Source: Chrysomallon squamiferum | Lineage: Eukaryota > Animalia > Mollusca | Direction of reading: 5' to 3' | NCBI GenBank assembly: GCA_012295275.1 | Contig: CM022677.1 | Location: 12,586,001-12,650,000 of the forward strand | Length of the DNA stretch: 64,000 nucleotides | In this document: positions 13,301-27,646 of the stretch, in pieces | Numbering within the stretch: position 1 is the stretch's first letter | Layout: each line of letters starts with the position of its first letter | Notes under the pieces: model-generated | Databases searched by the model: none | What the model was told of the DNA's origin: nothing | What the model saw: the letters and a program-made list of their open reading frames with translations, nothing else | Position numbers and translations under genes: made by a program

Positions 13301-16300
13301 CTATCTGATATGTTTGCAACTACACTGCAACATATTCAGCAAACTACTTCTCCACCAGCGATCAACCCTCCTGTTTTTTTATTACAACAGCCCTGGCCAT
13401 TTCGCTAGGGACTGCACTAGAAGCAGGCAGAGAGATTTTCCCAGATGTAGGTGGATAAGTAGAAGACAAGGAAGTCAATACCCTGTACACTCTACCTAGG
13501 AGTACAACAAGATGACGAGGTTTGGTTGGAGATCAGCAAGAGCAGACAGGAAAATTCGACCCTCTACTGTTGTGAGTCGGACAGTACAGGAAAAAGGTTC
13601 TGACTTATCCGAGTCTGTTTACAATCAAGAATTTGACAGAACTGTTTCTGACTGTCCAATAGTCCAAATGTCTATTATCTAAGATTATCTCCTCGGACAC
13701 AAATTTACTATCTATACAGACAACAATCCACTAAGTCTGATAATAGTGACAACAGTCCTTCCTTCCAGATAGGAAAACAATATTAATAAAAAAAAAACAA
13801 AATTCAAAAATTTTAATTTCAAATTTAAAATGTGAGGAAGCAGGAACTACAGCTACTGGTGTTTTCTTAAGGAATCCAGGACAGTAATGGTCTGCCAGTA
13901 TTGGTCAGGGGTGTGAAATGTTATCTGTGTGTCTGAGGTGAAAGAGAGTTCAAGAGAGAAGAGAGAATATTAGGCAGGGGAGAAAAGATTTGAGACTATT
14001 CTCTGCATTATGATTACTATACTTTTATAACATTATATTGTTATTGTATGTCATGAAGTATAAATAGGTAGAGAAAATAAAGATGTAATTGAAGTGGAAC
14101 TTGTGTAGTTTTTGTGTGAGGGTGTTGTATGCACCTGGCCACAAATGGCATCACCTACAGGATTGTAAGTTGTTTAAGTTTACAGACAATTGTTAAATTT
14201 AAAACAGGCAGTTGATAAATCTGAAATGAGAACAATGAAGAAAAACAAAAAGTGAGGCAGCTGGACTTTCCAGAAAAATGCAGATGAAGACGAACTGAAT
14301 ATTTGAAGTTCCAAAGGAACGGAAGATCAAAGAACATTAACAACACCTGTGGAGAGAGAGAGGGAGAGAGATGCATTACAACATAAACTGGCTGGTGGAT
14401 AAACATTGACATCATCAGGATAATTAACAGACTGACTCTATGATTGTGTTGCTATTTTGTTGTTTTGCTTCACTTTATGGTTAAATGTAAATTGTCATTA
14501 TTGGCCACAACCAATGAAAGGTAGGTTATTATGAAATGTTTGAATGTGAATGAATGACAAGTGAGAGTTTTATATTACTTAACTGAACTACACTGGCATT
14601 CCCTCAATCAAACTGTTTTAACACTATAACATCTATAACTGATATGAGTAATTGGGGATTAATGGGTAAATTGTAAAAGTTAGGATCTGAGGAATCTGAC
14701 TACAAACTATAATTGCATAAAGAGGTGTGGCCTGTAACTGTAAAGTTGAATTTCACAAAAAACCAGTTTTTTACATGTGTGGACACAGTAACGGCCAGTG
14801 ATGGTCAGTAGCCTTAGATAACATGTGAGGTAAACAGCCCTGAGTGGCAGCAGTTAAGTGCATCTGGAGTAAATTTAAAATAAAATTGTTGGAGAGAACA
14901 GTTATGATCTGATAGTTAAAACTTGAAATACTAAAACAAAGTAAATGATTTTGTCATTTCACTTAGTGTGTAATAATGAATTCAAGTAAAGTAAATTTGC
15001 ATTTAAAAAACACTATATATTAAAATACTAATTTAAATAAAAGTTTAAATTGACAGATATATATAATACTGGCTGCTGGCATGAGCATGGCATAACTTGC
15101 TTTTTGTAACATATCACTGAATTCCCAGCTGACTTTAATTTATAAAGCTTTGCAAAATGGTGAAAACTAAAAGGCTAAAAGATCAGGTGGCAGAGTTGCA
15201 GGATGCTTTACAGGAAGAAATAGCTGTGACTCAATTACATAATGAGGAAATGCTGAGTCCTATACAACGAGAAAGAACTAAACCTGTTTATTTTATATCG
15301 GAAACGAGATAAAGGCAAGCAAATTTAATGGGTAAGACAATGGCCTCAAATTTAGAGATTTTCAGGATCAGGTAGAAAGGATATTTCTACATCAGAGCCT
15401 TGCAGAAAAGGAGCAGGCTAGTTTTATATTAGAAGATGAAGCGAAAGAAGAAATTAGGTTGAGGTCACAACAAGACCAAGAGAATCCACAAGTGTTTGGG
15501 ACCTTCTGCAATAAGACGTTTGAAGATAGATAATCAGTGGCATGAACTTCAGAAGTTATTTTTTGATCAATCACAGAAGGAAGGCAAATCAATGAGAGAA
15601 TTCTCTTACTGTCTGTCTGAATTATTAGATAGAGTGTACAGGAAAAACACAGCTATGGTGCCCGACAATTTTCTGAAAATGTGGGGATCTGAAAAAAGAA
15701 CTAAAACAATTAGTCCAGCAGAGAGAAGGCATGACCTTTCTTCAGTTATGGGAAGAAGCCTTTAAACTGTTGGAAGATATGGGGTGTTCCAGCACTGCAA
15801 AACACAAAGTAACATCCAGAACATTGGTTGCAGATGTCACTTCTTAAACATCAACATACCAAAGCAGCATAAGCAGATAGAAAATCTATCTGATATGTTT
15901 GCAACTACACTGCAACATATTCAGCAAACTACTTCTCCACCAGCGATCAACCCTCCTGTTTTTTTATTACAACGGCCCTGGCCATTTCGCTAGGGACTGC
16001 ACTAGAAGCAGGCAGAGAGATTTTCCCAGATGTAGGTGGATAAGTAGAAGACAAGGAAGTCAATACCCTGTACACTCTACCTAGGAGTACAACAAGATGA
16101 CGAGGTTTGGTTGGAGATCAGCAAGAGCAGACAGGAAAATTCGACCCTCTACTGTTGTGAGTCGGACAGTACAGGAAAAAGGTTCTGACTTATCCGAGTC
16201 TGTTTACAATCAAGAATTTGACAGAACTGTTTCTGACTGTCCAATAGTCCAAATGTCTATTATCTAAGATTATCTCCTCGGACACAAATGTACTATATAT

Positions 16301-19300
16301 ACAGACAACAATCCACTGAGTCTGATAATAGTGACAACAGTCCTTCCTTCCCGATAGGAAAACAATAAAAAACAAAATTCAAAAATTTTAATTTCAAATT
16401 TAAAATGTGAGGAAGCAGGAACTACAGCTACTGGTGTTTTCTTAAGGAATCCAGGACAGTAATGGTCTGCCAGTATTGGTCAGGGGTGTGAAATGTTATC
16501 TGTGTGTCTGTGGTGAAAGAGAGTTCAAGAGAGTAGAGAGAATATTAGGCAAGGGAGAAAGATGTTCGAGACTATTCTCTGCATTATGCTTACTATACTT
16601 TTATAACATTATACTGTTATTGTATGTCATGAAGTATAAATAGGTAGAGAAAATAAAGATGTAATTGAAGTGGAACTTGTGTAGTTTTTGTGTGAGGGGG
16701 TTGTATGCACCTGGCCACAAAATGGCATCACCTACAGGATTGTAAGTTGTTTAAGTTTACAGACAATTGTTAAATTTAAAACAGGAGTTGATAAATCTGA
16801 AATGAGAACAACGAAGAAACAAAGTGTGAGGCAGCTGGACTTTCCAGAAAAATGCAGATGAAGACGAACTGAATATTTGAAGTTCCAAAGGAACGGAAGA
16901 TCAAAGAACATTAACAACACCTGTGGAGAGAGAGAGGGAGAGAGATGCATTACAACATAAACTGGCTGGTGGATAAACATTGACATCATCAGGATAATTA
17001 ACACACTGACTCTATGATTGTGTTGCTATTTTGTTGTTTTGCTTCACTTTATGGTTAAATGTAAATTGTTATTATTGGCCACAACCAATGAAAGGTAGGT
17101 TATTATGAAATGTTTGAATGTGAATGAATGACAAGTGAGAGTTTTATATTACTTAACTGAACTACACTGGCATTCCCTCAATCAAACTGTTTTAACACTA
17201 TAACTGATATGAGTAATTGGGGATTAACGGGTAAATTGTAAAAGTTAGGATCTGAGGAATCTGACTACAAACTATAATTGCATAAAGAGGTGTGGCCTGT
17301 AACTGTAAAGTTGAATTTCACAAAAAACTAGTTTTTTACATGTGTGGATGCAGTAACGGCCAGTGATGGTCAGTAGCCTTAGATAACCACGTGAGGTAAA
17401 CAGCCCTGACTGGCAGCAGTTAAGTGCATCTGGAGTAAATTTAAAATAAAATTGTTGGAGAGAACAGTTATGATCTGATAGTTAAAACTTGAAATACTAA
17501 AACAAAGTAAATGATTTTGTCATTTCACTTAGTGTGTAATAATGAATTCCAAGTAAAGTAAATTTGCATTTAAAAAACACTATATATTAAAATACTAATT
17601 TAAATAAAAGTTTAAATTGACAGATATATATAATACTGGCTGCTGGCATGAGCATGGCATAACTTGCTTTTTGTAACATATCACTGAATTCCCAGCTGAC
17701 TTTAATTTATAAAGCTTTGCAAAATGGTGAAAACTAAAAAGCTAAAAGATCAGGTGGCAGAGTTGCAGGATGCTTTACAGGAAGAAATAGCTGTGACTCA
17801 ATTACATAATGAGGAAATGCTGAGTCCTATACAACGAGAAATATTGTTATTGTATGTCATGAAGTATAAATAGGTAGAGAAAATAAAGATGTAATTGAAG
17901 TGGAACTTGTGTAGTTTTTGTGTGAGGGTGTTGTATGCACCTGGCCACAAATGGCATCACCTACAGGATTGTAAGTTGTTTAAGTTTACAGACAATTGTT
18001 AAATTTAAAACAGGCAGTTGATAAATCTGAAATGAGAACAATGAAGAAACAAAGTGTGAGGCAGCTGGACTTTCCAGAAAAATGCAGATGAAGATGAACT
18101 GAATATTTGAAGTTGCAAAGGAACGGAAGATCAAAGAACATTAACAACACCTGTGGAGAGAGAGAGGGAGAGAGATGCATTACAACATAAACTGGCTGGT
18201 GGATAAACATTGACATCATCAGGATAATTAACACACTGACTCTATGATTGTGTTGCTATTTTGTTGTTTTGCTTCACTTTATGGTTAAATGTAAATTGTC
18301 ATTATTGGCCACAACCAATGAAACATAGGTTATTATGAAATGTTTGAATGTGAATGAATGACAAGTGAGAGTTTTATATTACATAACTGAACTATACTGG
18401 CATTCCCTCAATCAAACTGTTTTAACACTATAACTGATATGAGTAATTGGGGATTAATGGGTAAATTGTAAAAGTTAGGATCTGAGGAATCTGACTACAA
18501 ACTATAATTGCATAAAGAGGTGTGGCCTGTAACTGTAAAGTTGAATTTCACAAAAAACCAGTTTTTTACATGTGTGGACGCAGTAACGGCCAGCAATGGT
18601 CAGTAGCCTTAGATAACCATGTGAGGTAAACAGCCCTGAGTGGCAGCAGTTAAGTGCATCTGGAGTAAATTTAAAATAAAATTGTTGGAGAGAACAGTTA
18701 TGATCTGATAGATAAAACTTGAAATACTAAAACAAAGTAAATGATTTTGTCATTTCACTTAGTGTGTAATAATGAATTCCAAGTAAAGTAAATTTGCATT
18801 TAAAAACACTATATATTAAAATACTAATTTAAATAAAAGTTTAAATTGACAGATATATATAATACTGGCTGCTGGCATGAGCATGGCATAACTTGCTTTT
18901 TGTAACATATCACTGAATTCCCAGCTGACTTTAATTTATAAAGCTTTGCAAAATGGTGAAAACTAAAAAGCTAAAAGATCAGGTGGCAGAGTTGCAGGAT
19001 GCTTTACAGGAAGAAATAGCTGTGACTCAATTACATAATGAGGAAATGCTGAGTCCTATACAACGAGAAAGAACTAAACCTGTTTATTTTATATCGGAAA
19101 CGAGATAAAGGTAAGCAAATTTAATGGGTAAGACAATGGCCTCAAATTTAGAGATTTTCAGGATCAGGTAGAAAGGATATTTCTACATCAGAGCCTTGCA
19201 GAAAAGGAGCAGGCTAGTTTTATATTAGAAGATGAAGCGAAAGAAGAAATTAGGTTGAGGTCACAACAAGACCAAGAGAATCCACAAGTGTTTGGGACAT

Positions 19301-20116
19301 TCTGCAATAAGACGTTTGAAGATAGATAATCAGTGGCATGAACTTCAGAAGTTATTTTTTGATCAATCACAGAAGGAAGGCAAAGCAAAGAGAATTCTCT
19401 TACTGTCTGTCTGAATTATTAGATAGAGTGTACAGGAAAAACACAGCTATGGTGCCCAACAATTTTCTGAAAATGTGAGAATCTGAAGAAAGAACTAAAA
19501 CAATTAGTCCGGCAGAGAGAAGGCATGACCTTTCTTCAGTTATGGGAAGAAGCCTTTAAACTGTTGGAAGATATGGGGTGTTCCAGCACTGCAAAACACA
19601 AAGTAACATCCAGAACATTGGTTGCAGATGTCACTTCTTAACCATCAACATACCAAAGCAGCATAAGCAGATAGAAAATCTATCTGATATGTTTGCAACT
19701 ACACTGCAACATATTCAGCAAACTACTTCTCCACCAGCGATCAACCCTCCTGTTTTTTTATTACAACAGCCCTGGCCATTTCGCTAGGGACTGCACTAGA
19801 AGCAGGCAGAGAGATTTTCCCAGATGTAGGTGGATAAGTAGAAGACAAGGAAGTCAATACCCTGTACACTCTACCTAGGAGTACAACAAGATGACGAGGT
19901 TTGGTTGGAGATCAGCAAGAGCAGACAGGAAAATTCGACCCTCTACTGTTGTGAGTCGGACAGTACAGGAAAAAGGTTCTGACTTATCCGAGTCTGTTTA
20001 CAATCAAGAATTTGACAGAACTGTTTCTGACTGTCCAGTAGTCCAAATGTCTATTATCTAAGATTATCTCCTCGGACACAAATTTACTATCTATACAGAC
20101 AACAATCCACTAAGTC
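10363..20116 (+). repeat. Tandem amplification of a ~2.57-kb unit (flank plus the 5' part of a deleted Gypsy element)
   Basis: The unit boundary ccactaagtc|tgataatagt (with minor variants) recurs at 11170, 13737 and 16322, and the last unit ends at 20116. Units: partial 10363-11170, 11171-13737 (2567 bp), 13738-16322 (2585 bp) and 16323-20116 (3794 bp, with 16611-17840 duplicated at 17841-19069). Identical or near-identical ORFs recur at 10632, 13199, 15784 and 19578. Confidence 0.96.
12148..13737 (+). mobile_element. Internally deleted Ty3/Gypsy LTR retrotransposon, representative copy in the array (gag, zinc knuckle, protease start, RNase H fragment)
   Basis: The gag-like frame starts at ATG 12572 (MVKTKKLKDQVAELQDALQEE...QASFILEDEAKEEIRLR). 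It has a degenerate CCHC knuckle FFYYNSPGHFARDC, a protease-start-like TVSDCPIVQMSI, then jumps to the RNase H motif DYLLGHKFTIYTDNNPLS. RT is absent. A possible LTR start TGTAAC at 12148 follows a purine-rich stretch; the LTR limits are uncertain. Confidence 0.85.
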
Positions 20117-20580
20117 ATCTTGGTACCATAAAATTATGTGCAGTGGAACAGAGATGGGTGTCACAGGTGGTGGCATTTGAATTTGATGTGAAATATTCAG
20201 CGCAACACAATAAGAATGCTGATGGTCTATTCAGGAAGATATTTCATGGAATGACATCTACTTCAGTGGAAGCTGCTTTAGAGATACTGCTAGTAGTACA
20301 GAAGTTCCACATATAATGAGACAAGTTCTAAACAGTGGTGGAAGAAAAGTCACACAAGCAACAGTCACAGCTGAACAGTTCAATGAAACAATGGAAGCCA
20401 TAACCTCATTTCCCAGCTACTCTTTAGAACATCTAGCAGTGATGCAGGCAAAAGACAAGTTAATAAAAAGACTGTTGAGACATGGCTAGAGGCAGAAAAC
20501 AGTTCAGAGCTGAGAGGAAATTAGAAGAATCTGGGTTGTTAATACTAATCTGAAAATGGGACAGATTATTTCTTTAAACA
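18528..20580 (+). mobile_element. Last copy of the deleted Gypsy element, continuing into the RNase H end and pre-integrase spacer
   Basis: After TDNNPLS this copy continues HLGTIKLCAVEQRWVSQVVAFEFDVKYSAQHNKNADGLFR (Gypsy RNase H C-terminus, compare RW...L..FDF.I.Y..G..N.NADALSR). It then reads FPSYSLEHLAVMQAKDKLIKRLL...KWDRL before being cut off by a minisatellite. Confidence 0.85.
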
Positions 20581-20629
20581 TGAGTATGGCTAGTGTCGTA
20601 CCTCCAGAACAATAGCAGATACCAGCTCT

Positions 20630-21770
20630 GTAGTTGATGTCTGACAACAATAAATATGGGTTATGCTAGTGTTTTACCACTACAACAACATCAGACATCT
20701 AGTGTATGTCTGACAACAATAAATCTGGTATATCACTAGTGTTTTACGACTACATCAACAGCAGACACATAATGGATGTCTGATAACAATAAATCTGGTA
20801 TCACTAGTGTTTTACCACTACAACTACAGCAGTTATGTAGTGTATTTGTGATAATGGATAATGTAAATATGGATATCTTTAGTGTTTTACCACTATATCA
20901 AAAGCAGATATATATGGGATAATGTACAATAAATATGGGAATCGCTGCTGTTTTACAACTAACTCAACAACAGACTGTACTGTATGTCTGACATGGATAT
21001 GGCTTGTGTTTTACCACTACAACAACATCAGACATGTACAATAAATATGGGAATCGCTGCTGTTTTACAACTAACTCAACAACAGACTGTACTGTATGTC
21101 TGACATGGATATGGCTTGTGTTTTACCACTACAACAACATCAGACATGTATTCGGTGTCTCACAACAATACATATGGGTATCCCTAGTATTTTACCACTA
21201 CAACAACAGCAGACATGTAATGGATTCTGACAAATAATATATGTGGGTATCACTAGTGTTTTAACACTGTAACAACTGCAGATATGTAGTCATGTCTGAT
21301 AAAAATATCAGTATGCTTTGTGTTTTACCACTACAAGAATAGACATATAGTGTATGTCTGACAAATAATAAATATGGGTATCCCTAGTGTTTTACCACTA
21401 CAGCAGACATGTAGTGTATGTCTGACAATAACAAATATGGGTATCACTAGTGTTTTACCACTACAGCAGACATATACTGTATGTCTGACAACAATAAATA
21501 TCATTATCCCTTCTGTTTTAACACTACAAGAACAGACTTGTAGTGTATATCTAACAACAATAAATAGTATGCCTAATAGTATGTAATAGTATGCCTAATA
21601 GTATGTAATAGTATGCCTAATGTATTACAACTACAACAACTGCAGACATGAAGTGGATGTCTGACAATAATAAATATGGATATCACTACTGTTTTACCAC
21701 TACAACAACATGAGACATGTTGTCAGTGTCTGACAGTGATATGGGTATCACTAGTGCTTTCCACTATAAT
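20630..21770. repeat. Degenerate ~65-72 bp minisatellite (about 15-17 units)
   Basis: Approximate consensus gtctgacaacaataaatatgggtatcactagtgttttaccactacaacaacagcagacatgtagtgtat. It includes an exact ~112-bp tandem duplication (~20923-21148) and a 22-bp sub-repeat at ~21563-21620. Confidence 0.9.
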
Positions 21771-22706
21771 AACGGGTGACATACAGCAAATGAGTGATAA
21801 CAATTAAAAAGGTAATCATATTAGGCAATGTCTGTCAGTGATTAAAATAGCTATTAGAACAGGTGAACAAGGTCTGACAAAACCTAAAGAAAACCTAGTG
21901 AAACCTGTAATACCCTGAAGAAGACTTCTGAAAAACAGTCTCCTTTTTGTTTCATAAAGTCCCACACTGAAGCAGTGACTACTTTTCAAAAGTAACTCCT
22001 TAAATGAACTTCAACTTTTGCTCCATTTATATTCAAATAACCATATACTGTAAGTACCATTACAATATAATTCATAATCAATCCACTTTTTAGGTCTATG
22101 TTTTCTTCTTTCTTTCTGACTGGAAACTGCTTTGAGTCTGCACTGTGGAGGAAAATGTACAACTGTTGCCAATGCTGAAGAAAACTGCAAAGTGGAGTTT
22201 ACAAATGTTAAACAATTTAATTGTTTGACCACATGAATCAAAGATGAATTTGACATAGGCTGAAATGACATAGAGCGAGGTAAGCTTGACACTTTAAATT
22301 GGTTATTAGACATACAACTTTTAATAAAATAGAATAAATTCAGTGGCTGATCCGGTGGAAGTGAATTTTACTTTTTTTATTATTATTTTTTTTTTTACTG
22401 TTCATTCCAAATATAATTAATGAATTTTACAAAGTCACTGTACTAATCAAAATACATCAAACATGATGTATATTGCTATTTTAATCCTTTTATATAAAAG
22501 TTAAAAACATAATGTTAATCTGAATGCAAATAGGAATATAAAAACATTTGAGAAATTATTTTTATTAAAATTACATGCTGTAATCTGAAATACATACATT
22601 TAATACTTTACGTGGTAGGTGAGATATTAATAACATCAAATTACAAATTTATACAAATGTTCTGTTCACTACTCTATTAGGATGTCCTGCAAATTATTAC
22701 ATTGAT

Positions 22707-23036
22707 TCTATTCATTTTCAGTACATCATTTTACAAAAATACAAATGTATTATATTTTCAAATATGTGGTTTAATTCAGTATAAGAGAAAACATTTTGCA
22801 CAGAATTATTTAAAACTGAAATAAAATGGAAAGGTTTACAATGAATAATATATTTAAATACCTGCTGGACAGCACCAAATACTTCAACTCTACTGTAGAC
22901 TTAGGCTGCTCTTTGGTCCAAAATGTCAATCTGAGTTTGTATTTAACAACAATTTCTTGAATATTTTTAAAATTAACAAGCTGATTTAACTTCTGAAAAT
23001 AAACAGTTTAAATCCACAGTTTAGTATATTGCTGAC

Positions 23037-23106
<70 letters not shown>

Positions 23107-23974
23107 AAAATGCAGTGTATGATACAAGATTCTAATGTATGTACATGCATACTTACTGGTACATGTTACAAAATGCAACTTCCTACATTAATTTAAATTA
23201 AACTTCATTAGGTTTAGAATAATGAGAAATACATAAGAAAAACTAGTAATTCACTTGTTCAGGTTTTTTTTTTCTTTTCCAGTGGCAGCAAACTTTATCC
23301 TCAGTGCTGGACAGCACCTTCTACTGAAACAACTTCACTAGCAGACATCAACATCAATTATGTGCATACTGAAAAAAATAAATAGAAAATAAAATAATAA
23401 AAATAAATAACTAATGTTTCTGTTATTATTAAAATTAAAATTTTGCTGTTATCAGTTACTGGATTATTCAGACACAAAGGGGTGTGGGTTATTTTTGATA
23501 TACTTTGTATATCCATTATAATGATAATGATGATAATGGTAATAATTTAAATAATTAACAAAACAACAGCAAACAAATGATTATTATTATGCTGTTTTAC
23601 AATCAGTAAAGAGTTGTTACTGTAAAACTTATTTTACTTACTAAGAAATAAAAATAAGATAAAAAACTTACTACTTGGAATTGTGCAGTCTGCAGTGTCT
23701 GTACATCTGATTCATCCTTCTCCATAATGTAAATTCCCTTTCTAGACAGCAACTGGACAATACTGCAATGACCTACATAAAATATTTAACATCAACAGTA
23801 AACAATGTTTTTAGCAATTCCAACATGAACATAATACTTTCTTTTTATCAATCTACATCTGTCTGATTAATGCATATGCTATTTTGATTATTATCATTCA
23901 TGCAATATTTCTCTCTGTCTCACACACACACACACACACACAAACAAAACATACCCTGCCACTGTTGAGAGGTT
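22707..23974. repeat. Condensed direct duplicate of two blocks located at 37346-37671 and 42441-43239
   Basis: 22707-23030 aligns by eye to 37346-37671, and 23040-23974 aligns to 42441-43239 (shared strings include cctcagtgctggacagcaccttctactgaaacaacttcactagc and acataccctgccactgttgagaggtt). The junction lies at an (AG)n tract, 23040-23103. Confidence 0.9.
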
Positions 23975-25520
23975 AACAAAAATACTAATGATAATAAAGA
24001 CATTATAGAACAAAAAATAAAGTGAAATAAAGATATGTAATATTAGATACCTCAATCATGTTACAGAAATACTAATGCTATCAGAAAAAGCAGAAAATAA
24101 AATTAGATATGTAATTTATATTACAAATATATAAATGTTAATAAGAACAATATCAGTAAAAGTGATTTTAATACTAAATGCAGTAAAAAGGAAAAAATAA
24201 AATCAGTGACACTATGGCAGTTTAGATTTATAATATTCATATAATAAGCTTAGTATTAAAATGTTTCTAAATATAATTTGAATGTTTGAAAATGTTTCTA
24301 TGTGTGTTTGCTTGGGTAAGTATATATGTAATGCAAACATTTGTACACCAATAAAAAGGAAATCAATGACATTATGGCAGTTTAGGTTATAATAATAAGT
24401 TTAGAATTAAAATGTCTCTAAATATAATTTGAACTTATGTTTGAAATTTTATATGTGTTTGCATGAGCAAGTGTGTACGTATGCATATATGTAGATATGT
24501 GTGACATGCACACATACACCTGTATGTTTACCTGTTAGCTCGTTTCAGGTCATTGACAAACTCTGCTGACTGCTGATGTCTGATTTCTGAGTTTTTAGAG
24601 ATTTTCTCTAGAGCAGCCACTAACTCTTGTACTCTGAGTCGTTTTTTCTCTTCTGAGTGACTCACACAGGTCCTGAGCTATCTCCATCACATCATTCAAT
24701 CTCAACTCACAGATAGCTGGCACTGTCAACTCCTCATCTTCACCATCCTGATGATAAATGATTATTCATTGAAATTTTATAGGAATTATGAAAGCTATCA
24801 GATTATCATCCTTGTTCTTATGATATACAATTAAAATTTGATTATAATAATTAAATTAAAATTGTATGAAACATAAACAATTATCTTCTTCATCATGATG
24901 ATAAATGATTGAAACTCAGTTACCTAATAAAATTAAAATTATTAAATGATGAATCAAGATTTAAAACATTTAAAATTTTAATAATTTGAATTTATTATTA
25001 TTTTAAAAGAACAAGTTCAGTAGTTATGGCATATTAAATCAATGTTATGACAACCTATCATTATTTTATTATTACATTTCTGTTACACACAGTATTCTTA
25101 GAAAACATACTGTTTAAAATTATAATAAAGAACTGTGAATACAGCATCAGTAGTTATGACACACAGAATCATGACATTATATAGTAAGTTATTCTTTAAT
25201 TTTCTCTGTTTATATGAACAAGTCAATACATTTAGAATACTCACTTAATAAAATAAATAGACATTCTATCAAGTAAGTTATTATTATTATTTAGATGTGT
25301 TTATATGACAAATCAGTGTTTTAGAATACACACATAATAAAATCAGTATATGAAGTTGGTTATTATTATTTAATTTTTTCTCTGTTTAAATCAACGTTTA
25401 AAAAACACAAATAATAAAATCAATAATGTGAAATATATCTACTATGTATGTTTCCACTGTTTATATACCTGCTAGTCTAGCTAGAAGAGATAAAGTGATA
25501 GATAAAACAGAGATAATCAC

Positions 25521-25700
25521 ATGTTTGTGTTTGCCGTCTCTGCCCAGTCTCTGCTGGTGCTCTGAGATCTCACACTTGAGATGCTCTATCTGTACTCTGT
25601 AGGCCTGCTCCTGTGACTCCTTACCACTCAGTCTCAACTCCAGAGCTCTCTTCTCCTTCTCCATCAAGTAGTTCTGAGCCTTCAGCTCTGCCTTCTCCTC
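25521..25700 (-). pseudogene. MCC: MCC exon
   Basis: tttttcag|EEKAELKAQNYLMEKEKRALELRLSGKESQEQAYRVQIEHLKCEI...KH|gtgatt. Confidence 0.88.
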
Positions 25701-26045
25701 CTGAAAAACAATTCATATGTAAATAACAAAGTCCAAACCTTCTCTACCTGTGAAACAATATCATGACAGAGTCCAAAGTGTGTATATTCAGTCTGCCTAG
25801 AATTCAGAAAATGATTTAATATAAATGGAATAAGACACAAAGACCAAACTGCCATTAATAAAAAAAAAAAAAAAAAAAAAAAAAAGTACAAGTAAATGCA
25901 AGTTAATATAGTAGTAAAAACTGAAACACAATTTTCATTACTAAATTAACAAAATTAAGAATGCCTGTTTGATTAGCCTGTTTGATTTTTTTCCTTCCCA
26001 AAGAAGGTCAGATGCTTGGTTGGGGCTACATTTCATAAGACTGCC

Positions 26046-26280
26046 CTTCATAGCCATCAGCTCCTGCATTAACACAGCATTTTCCAAATCCAGTCTTTGA
26101 GCTTCTGGAGTTTTCTTGGGTTCATCAAGCAGAGGATCAAAGTGTAAACTCTCCAGCTCCATGATGGTCATTCTGACCGCTGCCCGGTCATTCTTCAGTG
26201 ACTGAATGTACTCACGCAGTCTCTGTTCATCGAGTTTGGTGAAGTCAGTGTCCACTGAGCTGGCCGTAGAACTGGACGTG
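26046..26280 (-). pseudogene. MCC: MCC exon
   Basis: ag|STSSTASSVDTDFTKLDEQRLREYIQSLKNDRAAVRMTIMELES...QRLDLENAVLMQELMAMK. The phase-0 donor reads GG instead of GT. Confidence 0.9.
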
Positions 26281-27646
26281 CTGGACAATTCAAAATGAAA
26301 AGTTGGTTTGGTAAAGATTATCTCTAGTCATGGAAAAGTCAGTTAATCAACTTGAAATTTATAATTCTATAAGTTAGGTAAAATCCTTTTAGAAAGATAG
26401 TTAATGCAAAGTCCAGTTAATTACAGCATAGACTTTAATAAACTACAAAATCTAAATTTATCTTAGTAAAAAAAAAAACCCAGTTAGATGCAAAACTATG
26501 GTTTTTTTACTTATAAGTCAATTTTGGGTAATAAAAGAAATAACAAAGGTTTAAAAATAGATTCCAATAAAGTACAAAATAAAGATAATTTATATATAAA
26601 AACACAATTACTTTAAGTATTCAAAACAATGTAGATTAAATTCAATACAAAGGTATTGTCTCTGTTTTTGAAGGTAAAAAAATACAGTCCATTTAAATAT
26701 AAAGTCAGTTTAAATACTGAAAAACAAACTATTAATGTATAAAATACAGTCAATTTCAGTATTAAACTTTAAGAGAACAGTTAAAATGCTAAAGACAAAA
26801 TCTTATTAGACAGAAAAGCAATTACAGTAAAATATAAAACAAAGTCAAAGTAGAATAGCAGATGTCATCTTGAAGTACTGAAAAAGCAAGTGTATTAATT
26901 ATCTAAGTTAGTTTCAGTATTAAAAAACTAAAACTAAAAATAATGGAAAACAAAGACCATTTAATACAAAAAGACTTCAAGTAAAGCATCACCTTGCAGT
27001 TCTACTGTTAGAAGAGAGATCTTTCCAGGGGTGAGAAATAGAGGGTGTGGTGTGAACTCCACAGCTTCTGTCCAGTTTGTGAAGTAGATGTTGAGCCACG
27101 CCTTCAGCAGACTTCCTCGAGTGATGAGCTCTCTGTCACCTCCACCTGATCCTCACACTCCTTTACTGAAATTAACATATCGACTTATTGAAACTAAATA
27201 CACATTTAGTAAAATTAGCATACAGACTTATTGGAGTTAGCATAATACACTAACATACACAGATGTCAAAAATTAACTATTTTCACCATCTGTGCATTAG
27301 ACTAATTTCAGTGTCTATGTATTAACAGCTAATACACATACAGAAAAGTAATTGAGATTAAATCCTTCTTACTGAAATGAAATACATGCTTACTGAAAAT
27401 TCTTTAGATGCTGAATTTTTAAATGATAAATAAATGTACCTGCATGCGCACACACACGCACACACAAACATATATACTCATTCTGAAATTAATAATCACT
27501 AATACTGAAATGGTAAAGATATACACAAACACACACACATATACAAAACTTAACTTTATTTATGTGTAAAAAAAGAATGAATTTCAGTGATGTAGCAATT
27601 ACTGAAATAATATATTTTTAAATAAGAATTTTAGTTGTAAACTCAC

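Noticed and set aside
20630-21770. Possible CRISPR-like repeat-spacer array
   Set aside because: The whole unit is repeated with diffuse decay, there are no unique spacers and no cas genes, and the context is eukaryotic.
21910-21945. Hammerhead-like CTGAAGA followed by a short stem
   Set aside because: The required GAAA after stem II and a closing stem with the cleavage triplet are absent.
22011-22313. 100-aa ORF as a possible MCC terminal exon
   Set aside because: It shows no resemblance to the MCC C-terminus (AYEKAKKK...ETSL) and no recognisable domain.
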